Program-made: the position numbers and the translations under genes
Shown: piece after piece, positions 43,770-58,392 of the stretch
How positions within the stretch are numbered: the stretch's first letter is position 1
How the letters are laid out: the number at the start of each line of letters is the position of its first letter
Notes under the pieces: generated by a model
What the model was told of the DNA's origin: nothing
Seen by the model: the letters and a program-made list of their open reading frames with translations, nothing else
Databases searched by the model: none
NCBI RefSeq assembly: GCF_009914755.1
Contig: NC_060934.1
Source of the DNA: the human T2T-CHM13v2.0 reference genome, Homo sapiens
Length of the DNA stretch: 64,000 bases
Strand: one strand, 5' to 3'

Positions 43770-45369
43770 CAAAAGTAATTGCAACAAAAAACAATTGACA
43801 AGTGGAACCTAATTAAACTAAAGAGCTTTTGAATAGCAAAAGAAACTATCAATAGAGGAAGCAGACAACCTAAGAATAAGAGAAAACATTTTCAAATTAT
43901 GCATTTGACAAAGATCTAATATCCAAAGTCTGTAAGAAACTTAAGCAAACTAACAAGCAAAAAAACCAAACACCCCCATTAAAAAGTTAGCAAAGTACAT
44001 GAACAAACACTTCTCAAAAGAAGACATACATGCATCTAATAAGCATATGAAAAATGGTCAATATCAATAATCATTAGAGAAATGAAAATCAAAACCATGA
44101 TGAGATAGCATCTCACACCAGTCAGAATGGCTATTATTTAAAAGTCAAAAAATAACAGATGCTGGTGAGGTTGTGGAGAAAGAATGGTCATACACCACTG
44201 GTGGGAATGTAAATTAATTCAGCCATTGTGGAAAGCAATGTGACAATTTCTCAAAGAACTTAAAACAGAACTATGATTTGACTTAGGAATCCCATTACTA
44301 GGTATATACTCAAAGGAATATAAATCGTTCTATCAAAAAGACACATGTACCCGTATGTTCATTGTGCACCTATTCACAATAGCAAAGACATGGAATCTAG
44401 ATGCCCATAAGAGGTGAACTGAATAAAGAAAATGTGGTACATATACACCATGGAATACTATGCAGCTATTGAAAAGAATGAAATAATGTCCTTTGCAGCA
44501 ATGTGGATGCAGGTGGAGGCCATTATCCTAAGTAAATTAACACAGGCACAGAAAACCAAATATCACATGCTCTCACTTATAAGTGGGGGCTAAACATTGA
44601 GTTTACATGGACACAAAGAGGGGAACAATAGACACTGGGGCCTACTTGAGGGTGGAGGCTGGGAGGAGAGTGAGGATTGAAAAACTACCTATTGGGTACT
44701 GTGCTCATTACCTGGATGACAAAATCATTTGTAAGCCAAACCTCCATGATATGCAATTTACTTATGTGGCAAGCCTGCACATGTACCCCCTGAATCTAAA
44801 ATAAAAGTTGGAAGGGGAAAAAAATCAACCAGAATACGACCCAGGTTTCCTGGATTTAAAGTCTAGTCTTCTCCACTACACTTATTCCTTCTCAAAAAAA
44901 CAAAAACAAAAAACAAACAAACAAACAAAAAACATGTTTGTTTTTAAAGTATATTCTCTGACTTCTTATCTATGTTTAATAACTAAGACTGCCTAATAGT
45001 TCTTTAGGATGTCATTTACTAGCCACTTTTTAAATACCATTATATGGATCATTAAAGATATAAGTAAGAAGTATCATTTTTAGGAGGTAGTAGTATCTGC
45101 CAGGGATAGTGTGCCTTAGCATGTCATTCCCTAGCAAATAGTACTATTTTCGATCTGGTGTGTCACCAGATCTACGAAAATTTTTAGAGAAAAGTTTTAT
45201 ATTAAAGGGAAATGTGTATTGTTATTGTTATTTTATTCCCAAGTATGTGAGGAAATCCAATAATGATTTTGGCTTCTTGCCGATAGACTGAGCTTAAACT
45301 GAAAAAGTAGTCATGAATGATACTTGGGTTTTTCAAATCTAGGATGTAGAAATTTGGGAAAAAAAAATT

Positions 45370-45523
45370 CTTTTTTTTAATTTCTTTTTTCTTTTACCTT
45401 TAAAAATAAAGTCAGGGTCTCATTATGTTGTAAAGGCTAATCTTGAACTCCTGGCTCAAGCGATTCTCTTGCTTCAGTGTCTCAAAGTGCTGGGATTACA
45501 GGCGTGAGCCACCATGCCCAGCC
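45370..45523 (-). mobile_element. FLAM / Alu left monomer
   Basis: Single Alu monomer in reverse orientation. Confidence 0.85.
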
Positions 45524-46515
45524 AAAAAATTTTAATGTGGGAATTTTTAATGTCATCATAACAACTACTATAACAACTATAATAGTGAAAATGTATAACT
45601 CAACTCTAACTGTTGTGAAAAACCTGACTTTTCTCCCCAGCTGCTATAGTTAGATGTACGTGGCAGGAGTGGGGTGGGGATATGCCACACACACACACTG
45701 TTTCAGAATACGGTTGTCTCTTGTGAGGAAACAGTGGTGACTAGGTTTACTTAGTTCATATAGTTTTTCCAAAGGCCCCCTAACCCCAACTCCCACCAAA
45801 AGATACTATATTCTCAATGGCTATGGCAAAAAGTTCTAGAGGGACCTCTGGCCCAGTTTTAGTCACGTGCCCATCTCTCATACAATCACTGTGACCTGAA
45901 GAATGGAGGACGAATTGGCCAGACCTGGTTACCTGGAACAGAGGTTGTGTTGTATCAATACAAGAAAGAAGCGGTAAGGGAAAACTTGCTGAGAGTTTAT
46001 AGAGTGCTATAGCCACTCTAGTTATTTGTAACAGACTGACTCCTTTTTAGCATCATACTTCAAATGTCTTTCATGCCTTGGTCTCAATGCTCCCTGAAGA
46101 GTCTGCTGATTCCCAAATATTAATAATGCCACTGAGCCCAGATTTGTGACTAGGAGAAGGGATATTTATCCTATCCGACATTTTGTTTGAAAAGGTCACA
46201 TTCTGAGATCAAATGCTAACTAGAAAGATGATCCCCCATGGAAAAAAGAATGCTCTTCCTCCAGAATCTTTTATTTTCCCAAACGTGCAAGTCAGAAATA
46301 CAATAATTGAATTGTTTTTTTCGATTCACAATTCATATTACTGCACGAGAATGGTTTCAAGTATTTTTAACATTTTAATGTTTATATACCATTAAGTGTA
46401 AACTAATTGTACACTTGTAGCATTTAAAGAACTTGCTCAACAGCTGACAGTTAATGTTACTTCTATAATGTAATATTCTGTAAAAACTTCTCTCTCTCTC
46501 TTTTATTGTATTTAG

Positions 46516-46755
46516 CTTACACCTCCTTTATACAACATTACTAAGATGGAAGTTCCAACAGCAATATGGAATGGTGGACAGGACATTGTGGCTGATCCCA
46601 AGGATGTTGAAAATTTACTTCCTCAAATTGCTAACCTTATTTATTACAAGCTGATTCCACACTACAATCATGTGGATTTTTACCTTGGAGAGGATGCACC
46701 TCAGGAAATTTACCAAGACCTAATTATATTGATGGAAGAATATTTACAAAATTAA
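46516..46755 (+). CDS. LIPK: LIPK last coding exon (catalytic Asp343 in GGQD, His372 in YNHVDF; stop TAA)
   Basis: tatttag|CTT...AAT TAA, 240 nt. The exons sum to 105+118+199+110+137+147+72+72+240 = 1200 nt = 399 aa + stop. Confidence 0.98.
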   Translation, partial: LTPPLYNITKMEVPTAIWNGGQDIVADPKDVENLLPQIANLIYYKLIPHYNHVDFYLGEDAPQEIYQDLIILMEEYLQN

Positions 46756-46816
46756 ATGCACTTTACTTTCTCTAAGCAAGTGGATTTTCATAATAATAAT
46801 GAGATGAACAGACACT

Positions 46817-47669
<853 letters not shown>

Positions 47670-47670
<1 letters not shown>

Positions 47671-47905
47671 TACTATTTGTTATTGTTATATAACAATTAT
47701 ATTAATTATATGTTTGATTATATTAATTACATAACATAATATGATATTATATAATTTATAATTACATTATATACAATATATTAAAATATAATTATGTATT
47801 AAAGAATTAGATAACAATGTATAATAAATATGTAATATACTACATATGATATGTTATCTGTTATAATAAAATTATATATAATATTAATATATGATGATTA
47901 TTATT
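47670..47905. repeat. AT-rich low-complexity tract
   Basis: Degenerate (TA)/(TAT) repeats. A similar tract lies at about 52470-52640. Confidence 0.8.
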
Positions 47906-49064
47906 CTGTCTCTTTGGTTAAAAGTTTGATAGATCTAAATTCTTGAGTTAACATATTTTAATATACATTTTCACATATTTTCTGCTAATTCAGTCACCTC
48001 TGTCATTTGGGAATTTGTTCTATAGATTGATTTTTCTCTTAGTTATGGGTCCTGCCTTATTGCATGCTTAATAATATTATATTGAATGCCAGACACTGAA
48101 TTTTGCATTGCTGATTGCTGAATTTGTTTTTATTTCTTTATATAGGGTTGGAAAACAATCACCCAGGCACAAAGTCAATGATCAATGAATACATGTTTGG
48201 TGACTGGGAGTGTCAAGTAACATGAAGCACTTGATTGAGCCCTGTAGAAATTGGGGTATTTTACAACATGTAATTAATATAAACTTGGCTAAGACTCATT
48301 TATCAAGAATTTCCTGGCATAAATAAAGGGGCTGTAGACATGATGGGGAGGATATTAAAGGAGATCTGAGTCTTAGCAGGGGAAGGCTGGCTGGCAGGGC
48401 ACCAGAAGCCTTCACAGGGAGACACCTCTTTGGTGGCTATGGCATATCATACTGGCATATCCTGACACTGATCTTGTCACTGCCCCAGAAATGACTGCAC
48501 TTACACATGCTGATTCATGCAACTGAAATGTACAAGGATCTGCAGAACATAAAACAAAACACATGTTTATAATTTATATCAAGAACTACTATTTGGCCAG
48601 ACTAGTGTTTTCTTTTCCTGTAATAAAACACATGGGAAATTCTAGTATGAAACTGTTGCTTGGTGTACATGGAAGAAAACACAGAAGTATATGGTTTGAC
48701 AAAAATCATCCCCTCCACGATCATTCAAGTTCACTGAGCCTTTTCCATGAGGAAATAATAGTGTAAGCATTTTACATGAATGGTATCATTTAATCTTCAT
48801 GATAGCCTTATAACATGGTATCATTCTTATCACTTTACAGATCAGGAAACTGAAGTTTAGAGATACTGGGCAACTTCTCTAAAATATTAGTTCTCTGAAC
48901 TCTGAAACCTTGACTTTAGGTAACCAAGCTCTTAACCTTTATGCTTTAATATTATAAGTATGTATTATAAACTAGCCATTCAGAACAAGAAGAATGATAA
49001 GGAAAACACTGTTCCTGCCCAAGTGGCACTCAGAGTAATGAAAACATCAGATACTATACAGCTA

Positions 49065-49403
49065 TAGTTTGAGTATCCTATGTCCAAAATGCTTGAGACC
49101 AGACATATTTTGAATTTTGTAGTATTTTCATATCATAATAAGATATGTTAGGGATGGAATCCAAATCTAAACATAAAATTCACTTATGTTTCATATACAC
49201 TATACAAATAGGCTGAAAGTAAGCTTGTATGGTATTTTAAATAATTTTGTGCATGAAACAAAAGTTTTGACTGTGTTTTGAGTGTAACCTGTCGTATAAG
49301 GTCAGGTGTAGAATTTTTCACTTGTGGCATTTCAGTGCTCAAGAAGTTTTAGATTTTGGAGCATTTCAGATTTGGGATTTTTGTATTAGGAATGCTCAAC
49401 CTA
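49065..49403. mobile_element. Tigger4/MER46-type TcMar-Tigger MITE
   Basis: Terminal inverted repeats tagtttgagtatcc and ggaatgctcaaccta, flanked by TA. Confidence 0.85.
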
Positions 49404-49796
49404 TACTAATTTACATACTTAAATCTTTAATTTTAATTTAATAATTGTGATGAAGTCATCAAAAAGAAGTACACCCTCCCCAGGGTGGACAGGGAAGTCT
49501 TCTCTGAAGACATGAAATTTTGGCTGATATCCGTGATATCTGCCAGATATTACAGGTAGGGTACCAACTCAGGGGTGAGGAGCTAGGTTAAATTAAGAAA
49601 ATTAAAGAAGCCCAAGGAGCCAAAGAGAGAATGGGTTGAGATGAGCTCAAAGGGGTAGGCAGAGTCTGGTTTTAGGCTCTCCTAGCCACTCACGGAATAT
49701 TGAAAACAAAATCATTGAAGTCTTATTTTCAAGAATACTTAAAAGATAAGATCACATATGTGATTTTAAATGATGATAATAGCTATGATGTGGAGA

Positions 49797-50110
49797 AAAA
49801 AGAACTTCCTGAGACTGGGTAATTTATAAAGGAAAGGTGTTTAATTGACTCACAGTTCTGCAAGGCTGGGGAAGCCTAAGGAAATTTACACTCATAGTGG
49901 AAGGGGAAACAAACACGTCTTACATGGTGACAGACGAGAGAAGTGCAAGCAGGGGAAACACCAGATGCTTATGAAACTATCGGATCTCATAAGAACTCAC
50001 TCAATATCATGAGAGCAGCATGAGGGACAGCACCCCCATGATCAAATCACCTCATACCAGGTCTCTCCCTTGAGATGAGATTTGGGTGGAGACACAGCCA
50101 AACCATATCA
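49797..50110 (-). mobile_element. THE1-type MaLR LTR (partial)
   Basis: cctgagactgggtaatttataaaggaaag...gacacagccaaaccatatca. Confidence 0.9.
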
Positions 50111-50111
50111 G

Positions 50112-50290
50112 AAAATATTTCACTAATAATGATATTGACTACATATGGAAATGATAATATTTTGAACACATTGGTTTAAATAAAATGCATTTTAAAATTT
50201 AATTTCACCTTTTATACTTTTTAAAAATGTGGCCATTAGAAAATTTAAATTAAATACCTAATTCACATTATATTTCTATTGGACCATGCT
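50112..50290. mobile_element. MER33/Charlie-like hAT fragment
   Basis: aatgtggccattagaaaatttaaa...cacattatatttctattggac. Confidence 0.7.
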
Positions 50291-53200
50291 CAGATAGTGA
50301 AAAGAGTAAGGTAACTATCCCCTGAAAATTCTGGTTATTTCTAGGAAAATGGAATATCTCTGCATTTATAAGATTTTTTAAATGTATGGAAAAATGAAAG
50401 AATACAGACTGTGTAAAAGATATCAGATTGTGCTATAGTGGTTACTAGGTTTAAGAATAATTTGGAGGCTGAAAAAGAGAAAAAATGCTATCAGGTAGCA
50501 ATTTTTAAATTGTATTCGTGTGGTTTGCAATCTGTAAATAGCAATGTATCTCTTCCAATTTAGTTAAAAAACAGGACAAGATTGAATTTTTCCCGTGAAT
50601 TTCCTGTTTTCTATTAAATTTAGTAGGTAATGTTAAGAAAAATTTCCTTTGTAACAGCAAAGAAAGCCAGTGGAATTTACAGCCAAGTTGGTAGCATATC
50701 AAAGTAAAATACCTGACACATACTATGTACTTAATAAATAATAAATAATTCACTATTATTATTTATAATAACATTATTAGTATTCTTCAGTAACTAAGCT
50801 GCATTCTCTGGACTTCCAGAATCATCTATTCAATCACTCATTCACTCAGTCAGCAAAAATTTTTGATGATGATGGTGATTAGAGGAGGAATGAAATCAAG
50901 AAACTCTAAAAACAATTTATCTATTTTCAGGGGTGCTGGTGAGATTTGAAGGTGATTTAATAGTAACTCAAAATAGAACATTAACTCAGGAAAAAAAACA
51001 GGAGCATATATCAAAACAACAATGTTACCTCTTTGCACATTCCAATCACCATTTATTTACTCTTGCAAATTAGATGAGACAAATTAAAACTAGATCCAAC
51101 TTGAATGTCTAGCTAAGTGTCCTGTGTCTTTTTTTTTTTAAAGAATCTACATTTGAATATACCTCCTACAGAAATTCAAATACAAAATGAGCTCTAGAGA
51201 ATACCACACATACATGCTGCACATTAAGCAGGAAGCGAGGAAGGTAGATCCGCCTGGGGCAGGAAAATGATATAATTTTCCTCATATTCAATGGTATGGC
51301 CCTTCCTCTTCATTCTCACAAGGATTTGACCTTTGTCACAAACACGGATGGTCCTGATCGTGTCACTCCGGAACATGGACGTTATCAAGGACAGCTGCCG
51401 GCACTCTTGGTAATAATTTCTCTTTAAATGTAAGTGATCTTTCCTTTGAACATTTTGAGTTGAGATGGATGTGTGTTCAATAAACTTATTATGGCCTCTT
51501 CAAAAATCTTTAATATTTTAGTTAACTATGATTGATAGATCTTTTTGTCACTTCTCTCTTCTATTATAGCCATTATTGTTTTTAAAGATGGATGTAGTAT
51601 AGATGTCACTGAAACAGAGATTCATTTTCACTAACACTAAAAGAAAGCATGTTCTACGCTAATATGTAATCTCAAAAACAACACTGTTTCTTGTAGTAAT
51701 TATGAACATTCCCAACTTCGCTTTGAGTAAAGAGATGAAATTTTAAAATATAAAGTATTTTCTCTTAAGCAAAAGTGTGCTAATTAATAATTTTACACAC
51801 ACACATATAGACTTATGGACACTTATGGTTCTATTGAGCACTGTTTGAATTTTAGGATGCAAAATAAATTAGATAAATTATCTAGTGAGCAAGAGACAAA
51901 ATCCAGGTTCTTGTTCATGCACAGTCTTTTTACTGTAGGGTGAAATTTGTCTCAAAAGTGTGAGGTTCAAATTATTTATTTTTCAAAATTCTCACTAGTT
52001 TCCATTTTGCTGGTTATGGCCTAACCTTTTTAACTTTGAGTTATTTTCAAGAGAAAATTTGAAAAAGCAGCCTTTGAGGAGAAAGAAGCAATCCAACAAA
52101 CAAAAAGATAACCACACTGTAATAGGAAATGTGTTTTGAATAGGACATTGGAAGAAAAATAATAATCATTTTTACAGGTAGATCCCAAAGTCAAGGATCT
52201 ATGTTCAACCATGTGTGTTCCACCATCTTCACAATTGAATGAGTAACCATCATTAAGCAGTTAGCTTAGGCCGTAATATGATTCTTGGACTGAGATTTCA
52301 AAAATACCACAGGCCTTCTGAAAGGTTACCCCTTTCTAGCTCCACTATCATCTAATTTTATTAAAAAAAAAAAAAAAGGAAAAATTTGAGCTTCTAGAGA
52401 GTAGGGGCTACCATTTTGTATCCCACAGGGCCAAGGAACAAGTTTTAATGTATTCATTTAAATTAATTTCAGTATGAGTATTGAAATATATAATAGAAAT
52501 ATTGTAACATTATATATTTTCTATATACTTTTATTATATAGAAAATATATATTACAGAATATATTATTAAATATTGTAGAACAATATATAATACAGAAAA
52601 ATATATAATACTCAGTAATATATTAAATACTTATTAAAATAGCAAGCTTATATAGGAAGAGTGATGGAGCATTGTGAGAAAGTTTCAGCTTTATTTCTTT
52701 GACATTACTTTGTTTCTGCACAAACAAAAGAATTACAGGAATTGTCCAGATTATTCAAATAACTCGAAGTTGAGGAGGGAATATAAGTCAATGATGTAGA
52801 AACTCTTTTAAGATTTGAGCTAGCCTACAATCTGTAAAGATCTGTGAAATTGAACTATATTTGTGCTATTTCCATATTAAGTCAAGGCAACAAATCAATA
52901 TTAATAATAATAACATAGCACTTCTAGAACTTTCTAAAGAGTCCAATAAAGTTTTGTTAGAAAGGATTGTTTTTGAAGTTAAAAACCATGAGAAATTCCA
53001 GGAAAATCCACATACCTATGCCATCATACTATCAATCAGGGCAAAACATGCTTGAGTCTTTCATCAAGACTAAATGATTAAGGAGTGGTACATAACTTTT
53101 CCCTGTTCTGACTAGCTGAACACTTCCTTTTACTCCACATTTGTTTAATTGGCATGAAATTTCCCACTCCACTAAAACAGATCTTAGGATTTGGACAACA

Positions 53201-54027
53201 CAAAATATCATTTGTTTTGAAAGGATTTGAGGATAAATCCAAACTAATAGAACTGAAACTTCTATATTATGCTGGGTAGCAACTTAGTTTTCCCTACCCT
53301 TCTTCATGCTGGGAGATGAAAGAGATTCAGTTACGGCTTAAGCTCCACAGGCATACAAAGTGAAGCAGAAAACTGAGGCACGTGTGCCTCCATTATCTGG
53401 TATCTCATGTGGGGCTTAGAGGTAAATTGTCGTTATTTGGCCTCCATTTCTGCCTTTAACCACTGGTGTAAACAAAGGTTACTGTGCCAAAGTTGACAGC
53501 AACCCAAATCCCTTTGGCATGTGAATTAGTTTCCTCTGCCATACTGCTAGTTCCAAATTCCTTCTGGTTTCAGGATTTAGGAGTCAGGGTTGCCTCATCT
53601 TCTCAAATGAGTTACAGTCACGCACATCCCTACGCACTGCATGGTTGGCACTAGTTCCTTGATATATGTTACTCCGTTTGATCCTCATGAAGGATCAAAT
53701 GGGGAAGGGAGATACTATTGTCTCTGATTGTCCATTAAGATCTTGAGTATGTTCTACTTCCCTGTTTGACACACTGGTTTGAAAATGTTGCTAAGTCTTC
53801 CCAACAATGACAGATACTCAGTGGAAACATGAAGGATTCCGTCAAACTGGTTATTTTGCATCATGTAGACCACTATTTCCCAACCTGCAAGTGCATCATG
53901 GCCTTTGGTGTGTCAGGGACACGCCTTGGGTGTGTGTCTCAGTCTAAAGCTTCCTCCTTTTCACAAGCTTCCTGTTTCTCATCTCTCTAGCTTCTAACTG
54001 TCACTGTAATCATCTCTTACTCTTCAG

Positions 54028-54105
54028 CCTGATGTCAAAAGCAAAAGTTCAGAAGTTCCTCATCAATAAGGAGTCCTTGTGAGCAGGTGAAGCTCATCTA
54101 ACTAG
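54028..54105 (+). other. LIPN: Putative non-coding 5' UTR exon of LIPN
   Basis: Donor CTAG|GTAAGA at 54105/54106. Pyrimidine tract with ttcag acceptor at 54027, or a TSS nearby. LIPN coding exon 1 has an acceptor 8 nt before its ATG. Confidence 0.55.
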
Positions 54106-55404
54106 GTAAGATGAAGATCTATCATAACCAGGAGGCAGGTTGGAAGGTGCCAGTTGCACTGGCAGTCAGGTGCAAGAGCTCTGCAGTGAGGCTGCCTGAG
54201 TGTCCATCCTAGATCTCTCACCTCTTGGCTCTGTGACCTTGAGCAGGTCTTAAATCTCTCTAAGCCTTTGTTTTTTTAATTGATAAAATGAGGATAATAA
54301 TAGTACCAAAATTAGGGAGATTTTCAGAGCTTAAATAACATACGTGAACTATTTAGAGTAATGCCTGCCATAAGGGGACTCAGTAGCTTATTATTAGTTT
54401 CATACAATTTGAAAAGTTTCATAATATTTGCAGATATAAGATGATCTTCAACCAGATAGCTAATGTATGCAAAGCTATTTAGCTTCAGAAGTAAACTCTG
54501 CATTTCTAGAAGTTAAATATTACTTTGTTATAGTGAATTATCTGTAATATTTATCTCTTGCTCACTTTTATAAGAAAAATAGTGAAAGCATTTATTAAGA
54601 ACTTACACTGCACTAAATGTTATATATGACTTAATCCTCACTATAACCCTATGAGATAGGTTACATTATTGTCCTAATTTTACTAACAAGGAAACCAAGA
54701 GACAAAGCTACTAAAACACTTGCCTGAGGTTAGACATCTTCTTCTGTGGTGAGGCTGGATTTCAAATTTAGACCATTTGACTGTAGCACTTATATGATGA
54801 GCATGCTGTTTAGTGTTATAGTGTTGGTCTACCTTTGAATAGACATACTTTTAAACCATGGCAAGGAAGTGAGACTGCACATTGAAATACGCAAAATTTG
54901 CCTTTGGGTGCCACGTGAGAAATAGTCACATCACTAGAAACTAATCATAAGCTTTTGTGTTTGGTTAAAGTTTTATTGATCCATTTTTCTTGTTTACTTT
55001 GTGGGATACTGGGCTTAACTAGGGGATACCTCCACTTTTTACTTGGCCATGGTATGAAAACCTGTCCTCTGAATCTTTAGATATTTTGTCAAATTGTAGG
55101 CAAACAAAGACTTAAAGCAATTCAACCTTGATTAAAATAAGACCAAAAATGCCTCCATACTTGATTAAATTTATTTCATTTTAGGAACTGGATTATAATC
55201 AAGACAACTTCTACATGAAAAAATAGATTAATAGTGCTCCAAGTTAGTTCACTGTATTTATTCCTTTTTATACATTATCTGCCTTCGGTGTTATTCAAGT
55301 TTTCATTAATCATTAATAATTTCACTAATCATTTTATTTCATTAATCAACATTGATAGTTAAAATTAATCTGTGAATATTAAATGTTTTATGCCAGGCAT
55401 TTCT

Positions 55405-55512
55405 ATGATGTGGCTGCTTTTAACAACAACTTGTTTGATCTGTGGAACTTTAAATGCTGGTGGATTCCTTGATTTGGAAAATGAAGTGAATCCTGAGGTG
55501 TGGATGAATACT
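55405..55512 (+). CDS. LIPN: Lipase member N, coding exon 1 (MMWLLLTTTCLICGTLNAGGFLDLENEVNPEVWMNT)
   Basis: Acceptor gccag| at 55396, 108 nt, donor ACT|GTAAGT. Signal peptide and NPEVxMN. Confidence 0.96.
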
Positions 55513-55717
55513 GTAAGTCATGGAAAACTGTGAAGAACATCAAATAAAGCAGGACTAATGGAGTATGAGGTTACGAAAGGTCCTGTTGTAACAGAAAATC
55601 TCTGATAAAACAGATAAAATGTAGATGGTTTTTAACCTCTGCAAGAGTCAAGCTAGTTAGATCTTTGTCTGAAAAACAAATACTGTCCGGTAATGAAAAC
55701 CAAATTGTGCTATTGTG

Positions 55718-55718
<1 letters not shown>

Positions 55719-55749
<31 letters not shown>

Positions 55750-55754
55750 GTATC

Positions 55755-55786
<32 letters not shown>

Positions 55787-55790
55787 GATA
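55719..55790. repeat. (TATC)n tetranucleotide STR in a LIPN intron
   Basis: Interrupted TATC array. Confidence 0.92.
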
Positions 55791-56170
55791 GAACCTCCTC
55801 TTTTGAATTTATGTTTTAAGAATATCAAGCTATTTGTTGATGTACATGATTGCCTTCTATTGATCTATAGTTCTATTACTTTTAAAGCAAGAGGGGTCTC
55901 AAAAGACAATTGACTTGATAATATAGCTTTGTCAGAAAGAATGGGTCAATGCTAAATTTTCCCCCAACCCCCCAAAATATTAGCCAATAGTAGATATTTT
56001 TTAAAATTCTACTTATTTTGTATTAAGACTTTATTTATTAATTTTACAGTTACCTGGTGCTACAAATTTCAGATAATTCACCCTAATAAGCACACAACAG
56101 ATGGTTTGTTTTGATTCCTTTTTATATCCTTTGGAGAAGTTCCACTAACGACTGTATTTTTACTGGGCAG

Positions 56171-56288
56171 AGTGAAATCATCATCTACAATGGCTACCCC
56201 AGTGAAGAGTATGAAGTCACCACTGAAGATGGGTATATACTCCTTGTCAACAGAATTCCTTATGGGCGAACACATGCTAGGAGCACAG
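56171..56288 (+). CDS. LIPN: LIPN coding exon 2 ([32 protein letters not shown]...)
   Basis: gggcag|AGT...ACAG|gtacaa, 118 nt, same size as the LIPK paralogous exon. Confidence 0.97.
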
Positions 56289-58392
56289 GTACAAGATATG
56301 TCTCTCCTGAAAAGGGGACTGCATTGACCTCCTGCTTCTCAGGAGGAATTTAATGCTAGATATGCATCAACAGAGTTTATCAAAATTGGTTTGAATTATT
56401 GGATTAGTCTTTAAATAGTTATCAGGGAGGCTCACTCTTTGCCTGATAATTCTCTGAAGACAGACAGGAACCTAAAAATACAAACAGCAAGACTGATCTT
56501 GCTAACTGCAACCAGAGGTACTTGTTAGGGTGTAAACAGAAAGGCAGAGCCTGCATTTTGTCACCTCATTACTGATTTATCATGTGGAAAATTGCTTTGT
56601 CCCAGGAAAATGGATCCTCTCATTGTCAGAAGGAGATTTTCTAGGTTGTATGAAATTGACTCTGGGGCACCCAAGAAGAACCTCTCCTGCTCCCACTAAA
56701 ATTAAGGGGCCTCCCTCTGCAGGATAAAAAACAATCTAGTTAAATGACAACGCATTTCTGAAAAGTTTTCCAGGACTGAAAACCTTAACATCCACATACA
56801 CTTTGATCTAAGGGACAGACGGTTCATAGAATGAAAGAGTATGGTGTCAATAAGGCTTGAATTCTAGAATGAGGAGCCAGCCATGCCATAGCAGGGGAAT
56901 GATACTCCTTAAAAGGGAAAATTTAACTACAAATCCTCTGAAGTAGAAATGATAAGAATAACCAAAATATCTGCAATGGTTCAATAGCAAATAATTTATT
57001 GGCAGCTGCTTACCGTGTTCATTTTGCATCTTTTTTCCCACCACACATATTAAGGAGCAGCTGAGGTCATGTTTGACATTCTCTCCCTCTTTTATCTCCA
57101 GTTTCAGAATGAAAAATGAGAGTGAGATATGAGTAGTTTTACTAGTTAAAATATGAAACACCCAGTTAAATTTGAAGGTCAGATAAACAACAAATAATTT
57201 TGTATAAGTCTCATTTTAAGATAATACTAAAAAGTCATTATTTATTCACTATTATCACTATTTATAAAATTTTGTAGAGCATCCTGGAACTTTTTGCTTA
57301 CTTTTGTTTTTATTTTTTGCTAAATCTGGCAATCCCAGGCACATGTGTGAAGGAGCTGTGAAATATAAAAGGAGAAAACTTTTATGGGAAAGATTTGGCT
57401 TAAGGAGAGATAATTTTGGAAAGATTTAGAATTAAAGATCATTCATTAGATGTAATGTTCTAAATACTTTATATCAGTTAAACTTCTCATCAACAATATG
57501 AGATGGGTACCACTAATAGTCACCATTTCACAAATGATGAAATTAAGGCACAACCGGTTATGTTAAGAGGCCTAAAGTCCACAAATAGCAAGCTGACAGA
57601 CCAGAATTTAAGCCCAGGCATGCTGGCTCCAGAGCCTGTGCTCTTAGTCATTAAATTATAGTGCCTTACTTGACCTTCCACCCTGGTTCTTTGGATCTCC
57701 CTGAATGCTCTCTCTCCCTCAGAAATCTGGAAGTTGGCAGAGGGACACTGAGCTGAGCATATTATTGTAGTTTTTAAATGCTCTCCACTGGACAGAGGAT
57801 GGGGATTTGAATAGAAATTTGGTGAGGAACTAATCAGTGTCCATTTACACTCACCTCCTCTTCCTCCCTGGAAGAGCTATAGGACTTGAGTAAGCATGAT
57901 AAATTTTGTGTCTTTGTAAACCACACCCAGGAAATTTGTATATACAAATACATAGAGCACAGTAGTTATCAGGACAGACTTTGACATAAAAAGAACTGGG
58001 TTTGAGTCCCTGCTCTGGCCTTCTTATCTGGGTGGCCCTCTGGGAAAGTTACTTAACTACATAAAGTTTTGTTTCCATATCTACAAAATGAGGTTTCTCA
58101 AAATAGCAGCTAGTTTATAGAGTTGTTGCAAGAATTTAGTAAGCTAATACATATAAATACGTCAACATAGCACCAGGTACAAAAATATGTGCTCAAGAAA
58201 CTGAAGTTACCTGATTATAATGCTCTATACTATTGACAAGGGAAAAGTGAAAACAGTTTTTGTTTTACCATGTGTGTATGTGTGTGTGTCTGTGATGTTT
58301 CCGACATGCTCTATTTAACATAAATTACTCTCACTCTTTCTCTCTCTCTCTTTCTCTTTCTCCCTCTCTCATCTTACCCTTTCCCCCACCAG

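Noticed and set aside
45147-45180. Hairpin gatctggtg-tgt-caccagatc as a small RNA or terminator
   Set aside because: A 9-bp stem is too short for a pre-miRNA, and intrinsic terminators are irrelevant here.
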